This document shows positions 28,336 through 38,156 of a stretch of 64,000 bases of DNA, one piece after another. The notes beneath the pieces were generated by a model. The model was not told the origin of the DNA. It saw only the letters and a program-made list of their open reading frames with translations, and did not search any database. The DNA is taken from the IMG/VR virus record IMGVR_UViG_2595698952_000001, positions 64,001 to 128,000 of that record; one strand, written 5' to 3'. Origin of the DNA: a virus (lineage: Duplodnaviria > Caudoviricetes). A program made the translations under genes and the position numbers. Every line of letters starts with the position of its first letter. Position 1 is the first letter of the stretch.

Positions 28336-30846
28336 ATGCTAAAGGTCGAGCGTATTATTCTGAAAGGATTTACCGGGATGGGGTTGCATGAAATCGAAAC
28401 CTTTGATTTCACGTTACAATCCACCGTGACGATTATCCTCGGCGGCAACGGCTGTGGCAAGACAAGCTTGTTGTCTGTCTTCCTTCCCTTAGCACCCTCC
28501 AAAACAGAATTTCGAGACGGGGGCTCTTACACGAATTATGCACTCGTGGGAGACCAACGTTTCAAGTTCCACGTCAAACGTAAAGGTAGCTCGCTTGTCT
28601 GTGACATCGAGAACCTGACCACCGGTGAAAAACTGATAGACAATGCCAATTCTAAAGTCTACAACTCCCGCATTGAAGAACTGACGGGTATCACCAAAGA
28701 AATCAAAGAACTCATTAACGGGGAAATGCTCCTTACAGACGCTGGTACTGATTTGCGTCGTAAGTGGCTGAATAAAATGTCCTCTTCTGACCTGACGTAC
28801 GCGCTTGGCTTCTATGCCCGTTTACGTAAGAACCTGACAGGTCTGAACGGGGCGATGGATCACACCAGTCGTAAAATCGCAGAGTTGAAGATGCGGGTTG
28901 TCGAAGATAACGACGAACGTAAACAGCTCGGTGAACGCTTGAAAGAGTTGGACGGGGATTTGCGTGAGTTGAACCGCACCATCGAACAACTGCCCGGTGT
29001 GAACAACGCGGTATCGAAACACAGCATTGAGAAGTTACTCCAGCAACTCAAGCCGATGACAGATATGATCCAGCGCCATAAAGGTGTTATCCCGTCTGAC
29101 GAAACCCTGCGTGCGACGCGGGCGAACGAATCGTGTCTGCGTGAATTTGCCGTTGCGGCTGAAACCGAAGTCACGATGCTGAATAAAGAACTGTCAGCCT
29201 TACTCGATGAGTCGACGCGTCAGGATTACCTGATGCGTAACCACGAAGGGTTGAAACAAACTTTAACCACGTTGCGCGAAGAGATTGCCAGTTGGGATAA
29301 CCAGCAGTGGCTGTTCCCGGACTTGTTCGTGGGTGACACTATCACTATTGACCAGTTACGTGGGGCACAAGACGCACGCGTGTGGGGTCAGAAGCTCGGT
29401 ACCACATTGGATGCGGTTCACTCCAACGAACGCTTAGCGGTATTGGAAGAACGGCTGTGTCGTTTTGACCAAGTCTCTGCGGGGTTGAGTGAACGCCTGC
29501 AACGCGTCAAGAACGTGCTGCATGGCCTGGAGCATGAACGTGGACATTTCCTGGACACCGCGGAAGTTGACTGTCCGAAATGTACGCACCGTTTCCGTCC
29601 GGGTGTACGCAAGTCACTGCAAACCATTGAAAAGGAAATCAATGAGAACGTAGTGTGGAAGAAACAGGTTGAGGAAGAATTGGAAACCTTGCTGGCGAAC
29701 CGCAAAGATGTGGAGAGCGATGTAGGGTACTTGCGCCAGGTACGTGAAATCGTTTTGACCTATTCCAAAGACCCGGTACTGTGTTTGTTCTTTAAAAAGT
29801 TGCAAGAGAAGGATGTGTTCACGGATAACCGTCATCAGTTCGCTGGTATTGCGAACACATTTGGCCAAGAGCTGGAACAAGCCGTGGATTGTTTGATCAG
29901 TCGTCGCAAGTTAGCGAAAGCTGAGAAGGATTGGATGGAAGCCGTGGCGGCCGTAGGAAATGTAGACGGGGCACTGCACCAGAAAATCGAACACCTGCGA
30001 AACAGGCTAGGGAATGCGACTGAGCGTCTCTCAGAGCGACGCAGAGCTGTCGAAGAGGTGTCAGATGTCCTGACGTACCAGGAAAACGTGAAACGTGCTG
30101 TAGACCAATTTAATACGCTTTACTCACGGCTCGGTTCCGACGTGCAAACGTCCATGACCAACGCCTTAGTGAACGAGTTGTTGTCTGCGCGTGAAAGTAA
30201 GCTTGATGCTTTCACCACCGCCCGCGAACGTTTCCGTCAGATGGAAAATGAAATGGTGAATCTTGACGGGTTGGAAAAAGAGTTGGCCGAGTTACAAGCC
30301 CACCACTTTAACAACAAGTTAATGATTCAAGCCTGGTCACCGGAGAAAGGTGTGCTGCGCAAATACTTCTATAACGCCATTGTGCGTATTACGGAGTTGA
30401 TGTCACGCTACATTGACAGGGTCTGGTCTTACCCGATGCGGGTAATGCCTTGTGATTTGTCTGAGGGGGATTTAGACTACACCTTCCCCGTTCAGCTCAA
30501 AACACATCCTGAACCGGTACCGGATGTTCGAAAAGGGTCAAAAGCACAACGGGCCATCTTTAACCTGATGTTTCGTTTGACAGCCTATAAGGCCCTCAAT
30601 TTACAACATTACCCCTTGGTATTGGATGAACCCTCAGAAGGCATGGATGAAGAACACAAAAATAGTTTGGTGGGCTTTATCAAAAGTATCGCGCAATCTG
30701 GCGAGTTCTCCCAACTGTTGGTGGTCTCTCATGAGGCGGAAGTACATTCCAAGCTGAACGAAGCAACCTATTGTGTCGTTGAGCCTGAGGGGGTTACGCT
30801 GCCTCCTGTTTACAATGAAGGAGTGAAGATTGTATACGCGGCGTGA
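28336..30846 (+). CDS. sbcC: SbcC/Rad50-like SMC ATPase
   Basis: Walker A GGNGCGKT, coiled coils, zinc hook CPKC, signature-like GSKAQ, Walker B LVLDE, H-loop VVSH. Confidence 0.9.
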   Translation: MLKVERIILKGFTGMGLHEIETFDFTLQSTVTIILGGNGCGKTSLLSVFLPLAPSKTEFRDGGSYTNYALVGDQRFKFHVKRKGSSLVCDIENLTTGEKLIDNANSKVYNSRIEELTGITKEIKELINGEMLLTDAGTDLRRKWLNKMSSSDLTYALGFYARLRKNLTGLNGAMDHTSRKIAELKMRVVEDNDERKQLGERLKELDGDLRELNRTIEQLPGVNNAVSKHSIEKLLQQLKPMTDMIQRHKGVIPSDETLRATRANESCLREFAVAAETEVTMLNKELSALLDESTRQDYLMRNHEGLKQTLTTLREEIASWDNQQWLFPDLFVGDTITIDQLRGAQDARVWGQKLGTTLDAVHSNERLAVLEERLCRFDQVSAGLSERLQRVKNVLHGLEHERGHFLDTAEVDCPKCTHRFRPGVRKSLQTIEKEINENVVWKKQVEEELETLLANRKDVESDVGYLRQVREIVLTYSKDPVLCLFFKKLQEKDVFTDNRHQFAGIANTFGQELEQAVDCLISRRKLAKAEKDWMEAVAAVGNVDGALHQKIEHLRNRLGNATERLSERRRAVEEVSDVLTYQENVKRAVDQFNTLYSRLGSDVQTSMTNALVNELLSARESKLDAFTTARERFRQMENEMVNLDGLEKELAELQAHHFNNKLMIQAWSPEKGVLRKYFYNAIVRITELMSRYIDRVWSYPMRVMPCDLSEGDLDYTFPVQLKTHPEPVPDVRKGSKAQRAIFNLMFRLTAYKALNLQHYPLVLDEPSEGMDEEHKNSLVGFIKSIAQSGEFSQLLVVSHEAEVHSKLNEATYCVVEPEGVTLPPVYNEGVKIVYAA

Positions 30847-31030
30847 TTGGGGTCGTAAGCTGGCCAGTGCGGTGTTTTGGTTGTGTGCTGCATTGGTCGG
30901 CTTTTTCTATTTACTGTTCTGTGCGGTAGTGATTATCATCCATTTGGTTCCGTATCTCCTTAAGGGGTTGGAGATGATTTGGGATTGGTTGTGGTCACAA
31001 CGCGGGGCCTGTGAATGGCGGGGGAAATAA
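30830..31030 (+). CDS. Small membrane protein
   Basis: TTG start after AAGGAG; hydrophobic helix. Confidence 0.55.
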   Translation: MYTRRDWGRKLASAVFWLCAALVGFFYLLFCAVVIIIHLVPYLLKGLEMIWDWLWSQRGACEWRGK

Positions 31031-31140
31031 TGGAAGTAGGCATTTTACTGGTACTGGGTTCCCTGTGGCTGATTGGTAAAGCCTGGGACTGGATTATCAA
31101 ACATAAGGGATGGGCGTTCGATGGCAAAACGTCGCATTAA
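31030..31140 (+). CDS. Tiny membrane protein (36 aa)
   Basis: TAATG coupling; MEVGILLVLGSLWLIGKAWDWIIKHKGWAFDGKTSH. Confidence 0.5.
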   Translation: MEVGILLVLGSLWLIGKAWDWIIKHKGWAFDGKTSH

Positions 31141-31333
31141 GTCTAAGCTGAAGATGGGTGTATTGTTGTCTTTGCATGTATTGGTGGTAGCCGGTGTTTT
31201 GTTTGCGGACGCTACCCCTATCATGTGGCTGTTTATTTTCCTCATCTTCATCGAAGGAATTTATGTCGGCCGCTTGACAACACGACCACCCTTATTGCGT
31301 GACCCGGCTTACGATAACCGGGAGACAGCATGA
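31121..31333 (+). CDS. Small two-TM membrane protein
   Basis: MAKRRIKSKLK followed by two hydrophobic segments. Confidence 0.6.
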   Translation: MAKRRIKSKLKMGVLLSLHVLVVAGVLFADATPIMWLFIFLIFIEGIYVGRLTTRPPLLRDPAYDNRETA

Positions 31334-31437
31334 TCCGTGTACTCGGGCTGTTGTTTAAAGCGGCGTTCCTCACGGGCGTCGCCATCGTGTGTGGTGTAGT
31401 TGGGGCAGTCACTGCACTTACGCAGGGCTGGTTTTAG
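31330..31437 (+). CDS. Tiny membrane protein (35 aa)
   Basis: ATGA overlap, GGAG RBS; MIRVLGLLFKAAFLTGVAIVCGVVGAVTALTQGWF. Confidence 0.55.
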   Translation: MIRVLGLLFKAAFLTGVAIVCGVVGAVTALTQGWF

Positions 31438-31523
31438 CGAAAGGGGTTTTAAATGCGAGGTGTAACATGTAATACCCGGAAATTGTGCAGCTTAACGATT
31501 TCGATGGCAAGCGGGGTGCGATA

Positions 31524-31754
31524 ATGGGAGAACCCAAACGGACACTAACTGCTTGTATTATTGCAGTGCTTCAGCGGAACTTCGAGGGTTCCACATCACA
31601 GTTTGCGGATGAAGCTGCTGAATGTGGTCTTGATGATGAACCTGAGGTTTCACGTCCAGTAGAAGAGAATTGGCGTGGTAGCCGCGTGCGGCAGGCGAAT
31701 CTCGCGCGCACTAAGGCTACAACCAAACGACTTTGGCGACCCCAACGTCGTTGA
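31524..31754 (+). CDS. Hypothetical protein
   Basis: ORF; start uncertain. Confidence 0.45.
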   Translation: MGEPKRTLTACIIAVLQRNFEGSTSQFADEAAECGLDDEPEVSRPVEENWRGSRVRQANLARTKATTKRLWRPQRR

Positions 31755-31921
31755 GATACTATCCCAGTAGAGGAAGATCTCACACCTGCACTAAAAGTAT
31801 TAAAGTTATCTGCGTTATACCCAGAGTACACTTTGACTAATTACACAACTTTTCTTTCGTTATCATACTCCGTTTAATCCGCGTGGTGGATTTAAACGAG
31901 AATACTTAGGAACCGAAATCC

Positions 31922-32413
31922 ATGACCGAAATCGTAATTCTTTCATCCTCCTCCGATTTTTCGGAAGCCGCTAAAAAGCAGTTGTTGGCACTGCACTACA
32001 AGTTCCTGAATCATCAGCGCAACACTTTACATATCGACAAAGCCGTCGTTCCGGAATTGTCAATTGAAAAGCTGATGGCAGGTAACCGTGTAGCGGTGGC
32101 AATGGAGTCAGGCAGCCCGGTGGGTTACTGTCTCTACCGTATCATCGGTGGGGTGTTAAAGATTCGTACGATGTTTGTCAGTGAAGCCTATCGTCGTCGT
32201 GGCTTCATGACGCAAATCCTCGATGCCCTGGGCAGCAAAGAGACGTTCCACCGCATTCATGCGGGCGTGTTTGCCAAAGAAGAACCAGCGGTCACGTTCT
32301 TCAAAGCACGCGACTTCAACTGCGTACCCAGTCGTGACGGGGATTGGTTAGAAGTAGATAAATTCATCATCTCTGATGAAATTAAAGCTGAAGGCACTTT
32401 AGCCGTGGCTTGA
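31922..32413 (+). CDS. GNAT-family acetyltransferase
   Basis: PVGYC...MFVSEAYRRRGF (motif A) and AVTFFKARDF (motif B). Confidence 0.85.
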   Translation: MTEIVILSSSSDFSEAAKKQLLALHYKFLNHQRNTLHIDKAVVPELSIEKLMAGNRVAVAMESGSPVGYCLYRIIGGVLKIRTMFVSEAYRRRGFMTQILDALGSKETFHRIHAGVFAKEEPAVTFFKARDFNCVPSRDGDWLEVDKFIISDEIKAEGTLAVA

Positions 32414-32572
32414 TAACACAGCTCTCCTTTCGTATAGATATCCCCCGATAATCGTGGGAATTTTACGTTAGGAGAGCTATTTATGTTAAACCGTCCTCAT
32501 GTACCTGGCATCGACTCTAACGTTTGTTGGTCGGAATATGCGCGGGTCGTTCCGTTCCTTCAAGAGGCTAAA

Positions 32573-32812
32573 ATGAAAGAGCCTGTTCACGTTAACGTCG
32601 GTACCATTGGTCACGTTGACCATTCCCGTTCTGCGGTCTCTGCTTGTGTCGGTGGGGCTTTGGGTACACTCCCAACGGCTAACCCGTTTGAGTTCCGCCC
32701 ATTACACAGCCAACCGCTTGTGCTGATTCATGCCAGTGAAATGGATAACTTGCTCTCCATGCTGGAAAACGGAATGTCCCTGCACGTCGAGGTACATCAC
32801 CCCGTAGAGTAA
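32573..32812 (+). CDS. Small protein with an EF-Tu-like N-terminal segment
   Basis: MKEPVHVNVGTIGHVDHSRS versus EF-Tu KPHVNVGTIGHVDHGKT; alternative start at 32483. Confidence 0.65.
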   Translation: MKEPVHVNVGTIGHVDHSRSAVSACVGGALGTLPTANPFEFRPLHSQPLVLIHASEMDNLLSMLENGMSLHVEVHHPVE

Positions 32813-32837
32813 CAGAAATACCCTAAAGGATAATGTA

Positions 32838-33356
32838 ATGGATAAGTTAGTTATTAGTAACAAGTTGCGTACCACCGTGGGTGTAACTGGTGAGCGTCAT
32901 TTGGAGGGGAACGAGTGTGGTGTCCGTTTCTCTTACAAGCGATTATGGGCAATGAAAGAGGCCGATATGTTACCCGATACACTGCCCGCCATTCAGACGG
33001 TGTATGATGAGGAAAGCGAAATCATGCGCAGCGTCGTGTGGTATCAACAACTGCTCAATCGTGACCGTGTAGGGGAAACCTGCATGAATATCGTGGGGCA
33101 CTTCTTAGACCTCACGCCATCGATTCAGATTGCCCTTATCAAGCCCCGCTACTGGCGGCCTGCGTTGATTCGTGAAGCGTATTTGTTAGAACGCTGCGGT
33201 GTTGACCCAGAGAAAGTGTGGCGCAAAATGGACGACCACACCTACCGCGAAGAAATTACACATTCACTCAATCTTTTGTTAGCCCTCCGTCGTCAAGGTA
33301 TCCATCACGAGGGTTTCGAATCCGCGTTGAATACCTGGCTGAGGAAACACAAATGA
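32838..33356 (+). CDS. Hypothetical protein
   Basis: AAGGA RBS. Confidence 0.7.
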   Translation: MDKLVISNKLRTTVGVTGERHLEGNECGVRFSYKRLWAMKEADMLPDTLPAIQTVYDEESEIMRSVVWYQQLLNRDRVGETCMNIVGHFLDLTPSIQIALIKPRYWRPALIREAYLLERCGVDPEKVWRKMDDHTYREEITHSLNLLLALRRQGIHHEGFESALNTWLRKHK

Positions 33357-33544
33357 GTGTTGAAAATGAAGTGGTTGAATTAATCGAAGACGGTCGTTTG
33401 GTGGGGTTTTACTTCCCACCGACCGAAGAAGAGAAGCGTGTCCATCAAGCGTGGCAGGTTCAGAACATGAAACCTAACCCGGCCATGGACTGCATTGGCG
33501 TGACACTGCCAGGGAACAGTCCCTGGGGTTGGGGGAAGTGGTAA
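33353..33544 (+). CDS. Hypothetical protein
   Basis: ATGA overlap, GAGG RBS. Confidence 0.6.
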   Translation: MSVENEVVELIEDGRLVGFYFPPTEEEKRVHQAWQVQNMKPNPAMDCIGVTLPGNSPWGWGKW

Positions 33545-33984
33545 TGAGTGAGAAGCCTTATACGGGTACGGTCGTGCGTATCGGTGAAACGATTTCAGTT
33601 GTTGATGCCTATGGTAATCCTGTGGCGGAATTGGTTGTCCCTACGTTGGACGAATTCCGTAATTCGGAACCCATCGGGGGTCGGGTGGTCATCTTCTTTA
33701 AAGGATTAATCCGCAAAGCCGGTTTACGTCCAGATGGTGTGCCTGGTGAAGTGTTGGCCGAGTTTCGGCAGCGTTATAAGGAGTTGGGGTTGACGTTGGG
33801 TGAAGTTACCCAATACCGTCCTAATCCTCACGACTTGGCCATGATTGGCTGGAAAGTGGGCGAGTACCGTGCAACGTTGCCTCGCGTTGCCGATGGTCTT
33901 CGCCGTGACATCTATTTTGCGAAACCTACCGGTGCACCCTACACCACGCTGTTCACCCACCGTGATGTGGAGTACGAAAAATGA
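33544..33984 (+). CDS. Hypothetical protein
   Basis: TAATG coupling. Confidence 0.65.
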   Translation: MSEKPYTGTVVRIGETISVVDAYGNPVAELVVPTLDEFRNSEPIGGRVVIFFKGLIRKAGLRPDGVPGEVLAEFRQRYKELGLTLGEVTQYRPNPHDLAMIGWKVGEYRATLPRVADGLRRDIYFAKPTGAPYTTLFTHRDVEYEK

Positions 33985-34283
33985 CAGTGAGTTACCTGCG
34001 CTTAAAAGGCGGGTACGTTGAAGCACCACGTACCTGGAATCGACGGACCACGCTGTCGAATCTGGTCCACATGGCCTGCGGGTATCCTAAACGGACACCG
34101 ACTGAACCGGAGTTTATTCCGAATGTGCCGGAAGAGGTTTCAGCCTTACGTCAGGTCGTATTAGACCGTATCTGTGAAACGGTTGAGCACATCGCCCAAT
34201 CCGCATGGGCCCGCATCGCTCAGGAGAGCATTGATGTCACTCGAACTGATAGACGAGGCCGTTATCTCCGCAGACCTGTTTAA
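33981..34283 (+). CDS. Hypothetical protein
   Basis: ATGA overlap, GGAG RBS. Confidence 0.6.
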   Translation: MTVSYLRLKGGYVEAPRTWNRRTTLSNLVHMACGYPKRTPTEPEFIPNVPEEVSALRQVVLDRICETVEHIAQSAWARIAQESIDVTRTDRRGRYLRRPV

Positions 34284-34734
34284 CGCGCCTGAGCGCTTCA
34301 AGGTCGTCACGGTAAACTGTGTGGGTGCAATGGGTGCGGGGATAGCGTTGGCCTGTAAGGAACGCTTCCCTGACCTTTACCAGCACTACCGTAAGCGGTG
34401 CTATGCAGGTGAAGTTGTGGTCGGTAAGGTGTACCTTTATTCCGATGAAGGAATCATACTCCTGCCGACCAAGACCCACTTTAAGTACAAATCCCAGGTT
34501 TCTTATGTTACTACCGGCGTTACGGCGTTGGCAGAACAAGGCGATGACTTAGAAGGTGGCATTGCAGTCCCTCCTTTGGGGATGGCGCACGGCTGGCTAA
34601 GCTTTAATGAACGGTGGGGTATTTACCAACACCTTCACAAAAGACTACACACAACGGAGCAACACTATCGATTATACCTACCAGCAAAACTATTAGCGGA
34701 AGCCGCAAGAGCTATCCCAAACGCTTTGAAATAG
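34234..34734 (+). CDS. Macrodomain protein (DarG/TARG1-like ADP-ribose glycohydrolase)
   Basis: ADLF...TVNCVGAMGAGIALACKERFP...LPTK.H...IAVPPLG; ATG 34234 with AGGAG RBS. Confidence 0.85.
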   Translation: MSLELIDEAVISADLFNAPERFKVVTVNCVGAMGAGIALACKERFPDLYQHYRKRCYAGEVVVGKVYLYSDEGIILLPTKTHFKYKSQVSYVTTGVTALAEQGDDLEGGIAVPPLGMAHGWLSFNERWGIYQHLHKRLHTTEQHYRLYLPAKLLAEAARAIPNALK

Positions 34735-34741
34735 ATATTAT
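34728..34741 (+). promoter_or_regulatory. Putative early promoter (GAAATAGATATTAT)
   Basis: Recurrent motif at a gene boundary. Confidence 0.45.
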
Positions 34742-34835
34742 TAATTGGGCACTAAACAAAGGAGACTGAGCTGTCCGCGCCGTGATTCTAATTCGAGAAT
34801 ACGGAAAAGTAATATAATTCCAACGGAGAACCGTC

Positions 34836-35552
34836 ATGTTTCGTCTTATTCTAACTTTGCTGGTAGTAGCTGTGTCGTTCAACACCCACGCATCTTATCA
34901 GTCTTCGAGTACCAAGCAGCAAAAGGAATTCAAACTCATCGAGCAGCGCTTTGAGAAAGTCAGGCCGCTCATCGTTAAGGTAGCCAAAGAGCAGGGTGTC
35001 CACGCAGGCACACTGACCACGACCATCTACCGTGAATCCAAGTTCGACGTCAATGTCGGCAAAAACAAAAAGAGTAGCGCCCACAGCCTCGTGCAGATGA
35101 CCATGCCGACGAAGCGTTACGTGCTTAAACTTTACGGGAACCAACTGGGTATTCCGAAGAATGCGGATTTGAATAATCCGAAGTATGCGGTGATGTTAGC
35201 TGCTGCTTACTTTAACCACATCGAGGATCATCTGACCAAACAACTCAAACGCAAGCCGACTAATGCCGAAGTTGCCCTCGGCTATCGTTTCGGTGAAGGT
35301 GCCGCAGTCGCGATGATTAAAAAGAAATCATCTTCGGGTAAACGCTGGATGGCCAGCTTCCGTAAAGACGCCGCCTTCTATGGAGCCAAAGTGACTCCAC
35401 CGAAAGTTATCGAAACACATCAGCTTGCTTTTGCGGAGAAGAAACCTGCTGTCGATGTAACAGAGTTACAGAGTATCTGGAACAACTTATACAAACCCGC
35501 CGTTAACACACTCGTGGCGTTTAACGGCAACCTTAAAGGAGCATCGCTTTGA
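34836..35552 (+). CDS. Lytic transglycosylase (SLT-like) with signal peptide; candidate endolysin
   Basis: Catalytic-like RESKF, AHSLVQMT, GYRFGEG; N-terminal signal (THA-S). Confidence 0.8.
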   Translation: MFRLILTLLVVAVSFNTHASYQSSSTKQQKEFKLIEQRFEKVRPLIVKVAKEQGVHAGTLTTTIYRESKFDVNVGKNKKSSAHSLVQMTMPTKRYVLKLYGNQLGIPKNADLNNPKYAVMLAAAYFNHIEDHLTKQLKRKPTNAEVALGYRFGEGAAVAMIKKKSSSGKRWMASFRKDAAFYGAKVTPPKVIETHQLAFAEKKPAVDVTELQSIWNNLYKPAVNTLVAFNGNLKGASL

Positions 35553-36127
35553 CAATTGTTACGCGCCCGTGGTACGACGGTTTCAAACGTGCTGCACAAC
35601 TTACCGCCGAAGACGCCTTCACGTTGCTGAAAGCCGGTGCGGAGAGCGTGCAGACCAATCCTGATTACGTTGAGCCGCCAGAAGGTGAAGAACCTGCGGT
35701 GCAGCCAACGTACGTGGATTACAATGAGTGGTTCGCGACCAACCATGAATTCTACGACGCCCTGAACTCGGCGTTCGGTGATGATGAAGACGAAGGTCTG
35801 GAGTTCGACTGGAACATCAACCTGGCGTTGCTGTGGATTCTGGGCTTACGTCCACACATCGACGACACCGAAGCGGGCCACGTACTGACCTGGCGTCCGG
35901 TAGCCGGTTACAACCGTGAGCAGACGTTTAAAGAAGCGTATATGGCTGTCACGGTTGAACTGCAAACGATGTGGTTCGGCGACAGCGAATACTGCCAACG
36001 CTCTTTCCTGACCATTCTGGAAAAGCTTGGTCGTTGTCACAAACTGTGGCGCTCGGAAACTGCACCGGAGCACCTGTTTGTTCTGGAATACGCCGTGATT
36101 CCAAACGAGCCGTTCTTCGATAAGTAA
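35549..36127 (+). CDS. Hypothetical protein
   Basis: TTG start with AAGGAG RBS; overlaps the upstream stop. Confidence 0.7.
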   Translation: MTIVTRPWYDGFKRAAQLTAEDAFTLLKAGAESVQTNPDYVEPPEGEEPAVQPTYVDYNEWFATNHEFYDALNSAFGDDEDEGLEFDWNINLALLWILGLRPHIDDTEAGHVLTWRPVAGYNREQTFKEAYMAVTVELQTMWFGDSEYCQRSFLTILEKLGRCHKLWRSETAPEHLFVLEYAVIPNEPFFDK

Positions 36128-36238
36128 TACCCACCCCTACCCATGTGGTAGGGGCTCTCTTATTTTAATCGCATCAACAGCTTAATATTTACAAACCAAC
36201 CACTTAATCTGAATAAACCAATCCCACTTAAGGATAAT

Positions 36239-37468
36239 GTGATGAAATTCCCAATTACCGTACTGAACGATTTAGCCAAGAAACTGCGTAGCCGTGAAGT
36301 GTCCGCACGCAACCCGGAACTGACTGCCTACACCAACGCACTGATTCATCAGAATCATGCAGGTGACAACCCGCTGGTATCCTCTGACTTCACCCAGGAG
36401 CAGTTCGCGTTACTGGCGGGCGAAGGTGATTTCGAATATTATTTCCCACTGCCGTATGCGCGTACGCATGTCTGCGAGCCTTCAAATTCACTCCAGTTCA
36501 ACGATCTGCCGCCGATTGTGTTGGGGTCGTTCGCCGATTTCTTCGGCCTGGGTGGTTATACCGGCCCACGCTGGTCTATCGTAGCGCAGGGCGACGACGG
36601 TAAATATTACCTGCTGGCGTCAGAAGACGAACACGCCTTTGAGCCAGGTGTACTGATCCGTGAAGCAGCAACACCTAACGCAGCTGTGCGTGTGGGACAT
36701 GCACACATTTACGGTGCCCACGTTGTTTACGAAGTGAAAAACTGGAACGCCGCGGCGCTCATCCTGGGTGACAACCAGAACCCTGGTGTGGAAATCACCC
36801 GCCATCGCGCGCCTTTGGCCATGATGGGGATGAATCTGTCTGATGCCGGTGGTGACGACACCGCCGATGCGGCGGGCACTGACGACACGCGTGAATACGC
36901 ACCGCGTGAAGAGTGTGAGCGTATCGCGAACATCGACTTCACTAAACTCTTCTCGGTGGGTCAGTCAGGTAACGCTAAACTGCTGCCGTTTACCATCAGT
37001 GGCGAAACCTCTTGGCAGGACTTTGTTCAGTATTGCGAACAGAACCTGCTGAACCACTGGGACTTCACGCTGAAACTTCCGTTCCCGGAAGACGACGGTG
37101 ATGCTCCCGATTTCGGTGTAAACGCTAACGGTAGTTTCACTAGCGCCGAGTCAAAACGTGACCAGCCACTGATTCTGGAAACGTTGCACGACATCGAACG
37201 CACCTTCGTGGCTGACGAAGTGTTCGAAGCACTGAACCTGAAAATCGATGCAGCAACCCCACCGATCTCTGTGGCGGGTATTATTGGTCGTCTGATGACT
37301 ATTGAAGACGAAACGGTCGAAGTTCACCTGAACGAAGACGAGATGCAGGCTCAGGCGAAGGTCATGAAAGTGCTGAACGTTGAAGCGATTGTGAAAGAAG
37401 TGCTCGCACTGCCGAAGTCTAAGCGTACGCCTAAGAACATCAAGGCCATCGCTGTAAACTACGCGTAA
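36239..37468 (+). CDS. Hypothetical protein (409 aa)
   Basis: TAAGGA RBS; strong terminator follows. Confidence 0.8.
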   Translation: MMKFPITVLNDLAKKLRSREVSARNPELTAYTNALIHQNHAGDNPLVSSDFTQEQFALLAGEGDFEYYFPLPYARTHVCEPSNSLQFNDLPPIVLGSFADFFGLGGYTGPRWSIVAQGDDGKYYLLASEDEHAFEPGVLIREAATPNAAVRVGHAHIYGAHVVYEVKNWNAAALILGDNQNPGVEITRHRAPLAMMGMNLSDAGGDDTADAAGTDDTREYAPREECERIANIDFTKLFSVGQSGNAKLLPFTISGETSWQDFVQYCEQNLLNHWDFTLKLPFPEDDGDAPDFGVNANGSFTSAESKRDQPLILETLHDIERTFVADEVFEALNLKIDAATPPISVAGIIGRLMTIEDETVEVHLNEDEMQAQAKVMKVLNVEAIVKEVLALPKSKRTPKNIKAIAVNYA

Positions 37469-37484
37469 GCAAATAAAATAAAGG

Positions 37485-37520
37485 CTACCTACTCCTTCGG
37501 GAGTAGGTAGTTCTTTTTTT
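37485..37520 (+). terminator. Bidirectional intrinsic terminator
   Basis: CTACCTACTCC-TTCG-GGAGTAGGTAG flanked by A and T tracts. Confidence 0.85.
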
Positions 37521-37523
37521 CTT

Positions 37524-38147
37524 TTAATTCGCTAACCCGTTGGCTTGCAGAATTTCCAACATCGCCGCATTGAGTGCTTTGAGTTTGGCGTTCTCCTGCT
37601 GTGCGGAAACCAACTGCTCAGAAACCGGTGTGGTATTACGAATCTTCGCTTTCCGCACCGCCTCCATTTGCAAGTGATTCTCCTCGGTCACTGTCCCTTC
37701 ATAATCCATTGACGTGATATCAATAATTGGGTCAATGCCTAAGCCTGCGGTGATGATGTTCTTCACATCTTCCGAGATGGTCGTTGGGTCGACATAACTC
37801 GGAATGAACGCCAGGTCAATCACCATGACATTACGCTTGTACTCTAAGCCATTAATCCCTGGATACGACTCGATATACGTATCCGGAATATAGACGACTT
37901 GACCGTCACGCGATTTCAGGGTAAGGATAGACCCGCCAACATTTGCATCCGCCAGGTATGCTTCACGTCCTAAACCAACAGGCAAGTAATACTTGTTGTA
38001 GACGTCTTCTTTCCGGTCAACCAGTTCAGGGAAGGTGCGCACCGCTTCGACAGTATAGATAACGTCTTCAGCAATCGCGAACGGTTCCTTAACTTTGAAC
38101 AGACCGGTAGTGTTAACGGTAACGACAACCGGTAATAACGTGGCCAT
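37524..38147 (-). CDS. Putative virion structural protein
   Basis: AGGAG RBS; follows the 38157-39524 gene; phiKZ-like conserved pair by recollection only. Confidence 0.55.
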   Translation of the reverse strand: MATLLPVVVTVNTTGLFKVKEPFAIAEDVIYTVEAVRTFPELVDRKEDVYNKYYLPVGLGREAYLADANVGGSILTLKSRDGQVVYIPDTYIESYPGINGLEYKRNVMVIDLAFIPSYVDPTTISEDVKNIITAGLGIDPIIDITSMDYEGTVTEENHLQMEAVRKAKIRNTTPVSEQLVSAQQENAKLKALNAAMLEILQANGLAN

Positions 38148-38156
38148 TTAATCTCC

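Noticed and set aside
31467-31472. ATG-TAA after a GAGGTG sequence, suggesting stop-codon readthrough or recoding
   Set aside because: TAA terminates genes normally throughout the window, and a downstream ATG at 31524 explains the ORF.
33310-33325. GGTTTCGAATCC resembling a tRNA T-loop
   Set aside because: Inside a CDS, with no cloverleaf around it.
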